A stretch of 25,380 nt of DNA, taken from IMG/VR virus record IMGVR_UViG_3300035492_000056, positions 1 through 25,380 of that record. One strand, given 5' to 3'. This stretch comes from a virus (Duplodnaviria; Caudoviricetes). Shown here piece by piece: positions 24,297 to 25,380 of the stretch. A model generated the notes under the pieces. That model was not told where the DNA came from and searched no databases. It worked only from the letters and a program-made list of their open reading frames with translations. The translations under genes and the position numbers were made by a program. Position 1 is the first letter of the stretch. Each line of letters begins with the position of its first letter.

Positions 24297-25380
24297 ATGA
24301 GAGAGTTCGTAAAATTCATCATTCTTAATGCCTGTTACGTGTGGAACAAGCAGAACAACATCAGCATCAAGCCCACACATATCATCATCCACTCTACGGC
24401 GACTCCTGGAGTCATGGCCAAGCAGTGGTTCGACAGGTGGAATAAAGCGAGCATCCAGGTAGCGGTCCATGCCTTTATTGATAATCTGGAGCTGTGGCAG
24501 CTGCTTCCATTCAATTTTTGGGCTTGGGGGGTCGGAGGGAAAGCTAACGGATACTCCCTCCAGATCGAGATGTGCGAGGACAGAGACCACTCAGAGGCTT
24601 ACTTCCGTGAGGTGTTGGCCAACACCATCAAGACTGTCGCTGGATGGTGCGTAACATTTAAGATACCGGTTGACCACATCATCGGCCACTACGAAGCAAG
24701 AATACTTGGTATAGGGTCTAATCACAGTGATCCTCGTCTCTGGTGGGATAAGTTTGGCTACACCATGGACATGTTTAGGGATGACGTAGAAAAGGCACTC
24801 AGCAAGCCCGTTATCGTGGCACTGGAGAAGCCGATTGACGAAAAGGTGTGTAGTGACGACCTCAATATCAGATACGGTCCTGGCATCAATTTTAAGGTCC
24901 TGGCCACCATGCCCCAAGGTACAAAGGTAGAAGTCTATTCCGTATCTGGCAGCTGGGCTAAGGTTAAATATAAAGAGGTGCAAGGGTTCTGTAGCATGAC
25001 CTACCTTAAAGAGTTCCTCACTGGTTATGTCACGGCCTCAGTGCTCAACGTGAGAGCCGGCAGAGGTGTGAGCAATTCAATTATTGGAAAGCTCAAGAAA
25101 GGAGCACCAGTGACCTTGTACGGTCTTCAAGGGGGATGGTGGGAAACACCTACCGGTTATGTCTCTGCAGACTGGATCTCTTTGGATAAGGTTGCTACAC
25201 CGGTAGAGATAAAGCTGCTAGAAGGAATCGTGACAGCCACAGCTGGTCTGAATGTCCGGAAGTCTCCTGGAGGGGCAAAGGTAGGAGCACTGAAGCATGG
25301 CACCAAAGTGAAAATATACGAGCAGTTGGGAACTTGGTACCGGATTGGAAAGGAACAGTGGGTTTCGGCGACTTACATAA
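24297..25380 (+). CDS. endolysin: N-acetylmuramoyl-L-alanine amidase (Amidase_2) + three SH3b domains (3'-truncated by the window)
   Basis: Hand translation from ATG 24297 is open to the window end. Amidase motifs IIIHSTATPG, VHAFID, IEMCE, IIGHYE and NHSDP. SH3b repeats LNIRYGPG, LNVRAGRG and LNVRKSPG. Absent from the ORF track because no stop is reached. Confidence 0.92.
   Translation, partial: MREFVKFIILNACYVWNKQNNISIKPTHIIIHSTATPGVMAKQWFDRWNKASIQVAVHAFIDNLELWQLLPFNFWAWGVGGKANGYSLQIEMCEDRDHSEAYFREVLANTIKTVAGWCVTFKIPVDHIIGHYEARILGIGSNHSDPRLWWDKFGYTMDMFRDDVEKALSKPVIVALEKPIDEKVCSDDLNIRYGPGINFKVLATMPQGTKVEVYSVSGSWAKVKYKEVQGFCSMTYLKEFLTGYVTASVLNVRAGRGVSNSIIGKLKKGAPVTLYGLQGGWWETPTGYVSADWISLDKVATPVEIKLLEGIVTATAGLNVRKSPGGAKVGALKHGTKVKIYEQLGTWYRIGKEQWVSATYI

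Noticed and set aside
23834-24983. Short overlapping ORFs in the lysis region as spanins or antiholins
   Set aside because: No lipobox or transmembrane pattern, the host appears monoderm, and they are alternative-frame shadows of the holin and endolysin.
23125-25380. Diversity-generating retroelement or invertible tail-fibre cassette
   Set aside because: No reverse transcriptase, recombinase, TR/VR-like repeat pair or inverted crossover sites seen within the window.

Overview
This window is 25.4 kb of a tailed phage or prophage, with every credible gene on the + strand. It looks like a siphovirus with an HK97-type head that packages from a cos site. The host is probably a Gram-positive Bacillota/Clostridia-like bacterium (GGAGG ribosome sites, holin plus Amidase_2/SH3b endolysin). 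Gene order: (i) replication/recombination (end of an SMC-like ATPase, two small ORFs, Sak4-like AAA_24 ATPase, DUF669-like SSB, SF2 helicase, primase-helicase); (ii) an iteron cluster and long hairpin, probably the origin; (iii) small genes, RusA and an ArpU/RinA-type late activator; (iv) a ~330-nt highly structured non-coding leader; (v) HNH, candidate cos, terminase, portal, protease, capsid, neck, tail tube, chaperone, tape measure, Dit, hub and two fibre/RBP genes; (vi) holin and an endolysin that runs off the window. I saw no integrase, repressor, CRISPR array, tRNA or reverse transcriptase. The most notable observations are the structured late-leader RNA with an anti-RBS/start-codon tract and an internal terminator, a W-x-P-G-K-F C-terminal peptide shared by the SMC-like ATPase and the SSB, a tail chaperone extension in the +1 rather than -1 frame, a sheath-like domain inserted in the tail tube, and an Asp-box propeller inserted in the hub. 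All family calls come from recognising motifs by eye, not from database searches.
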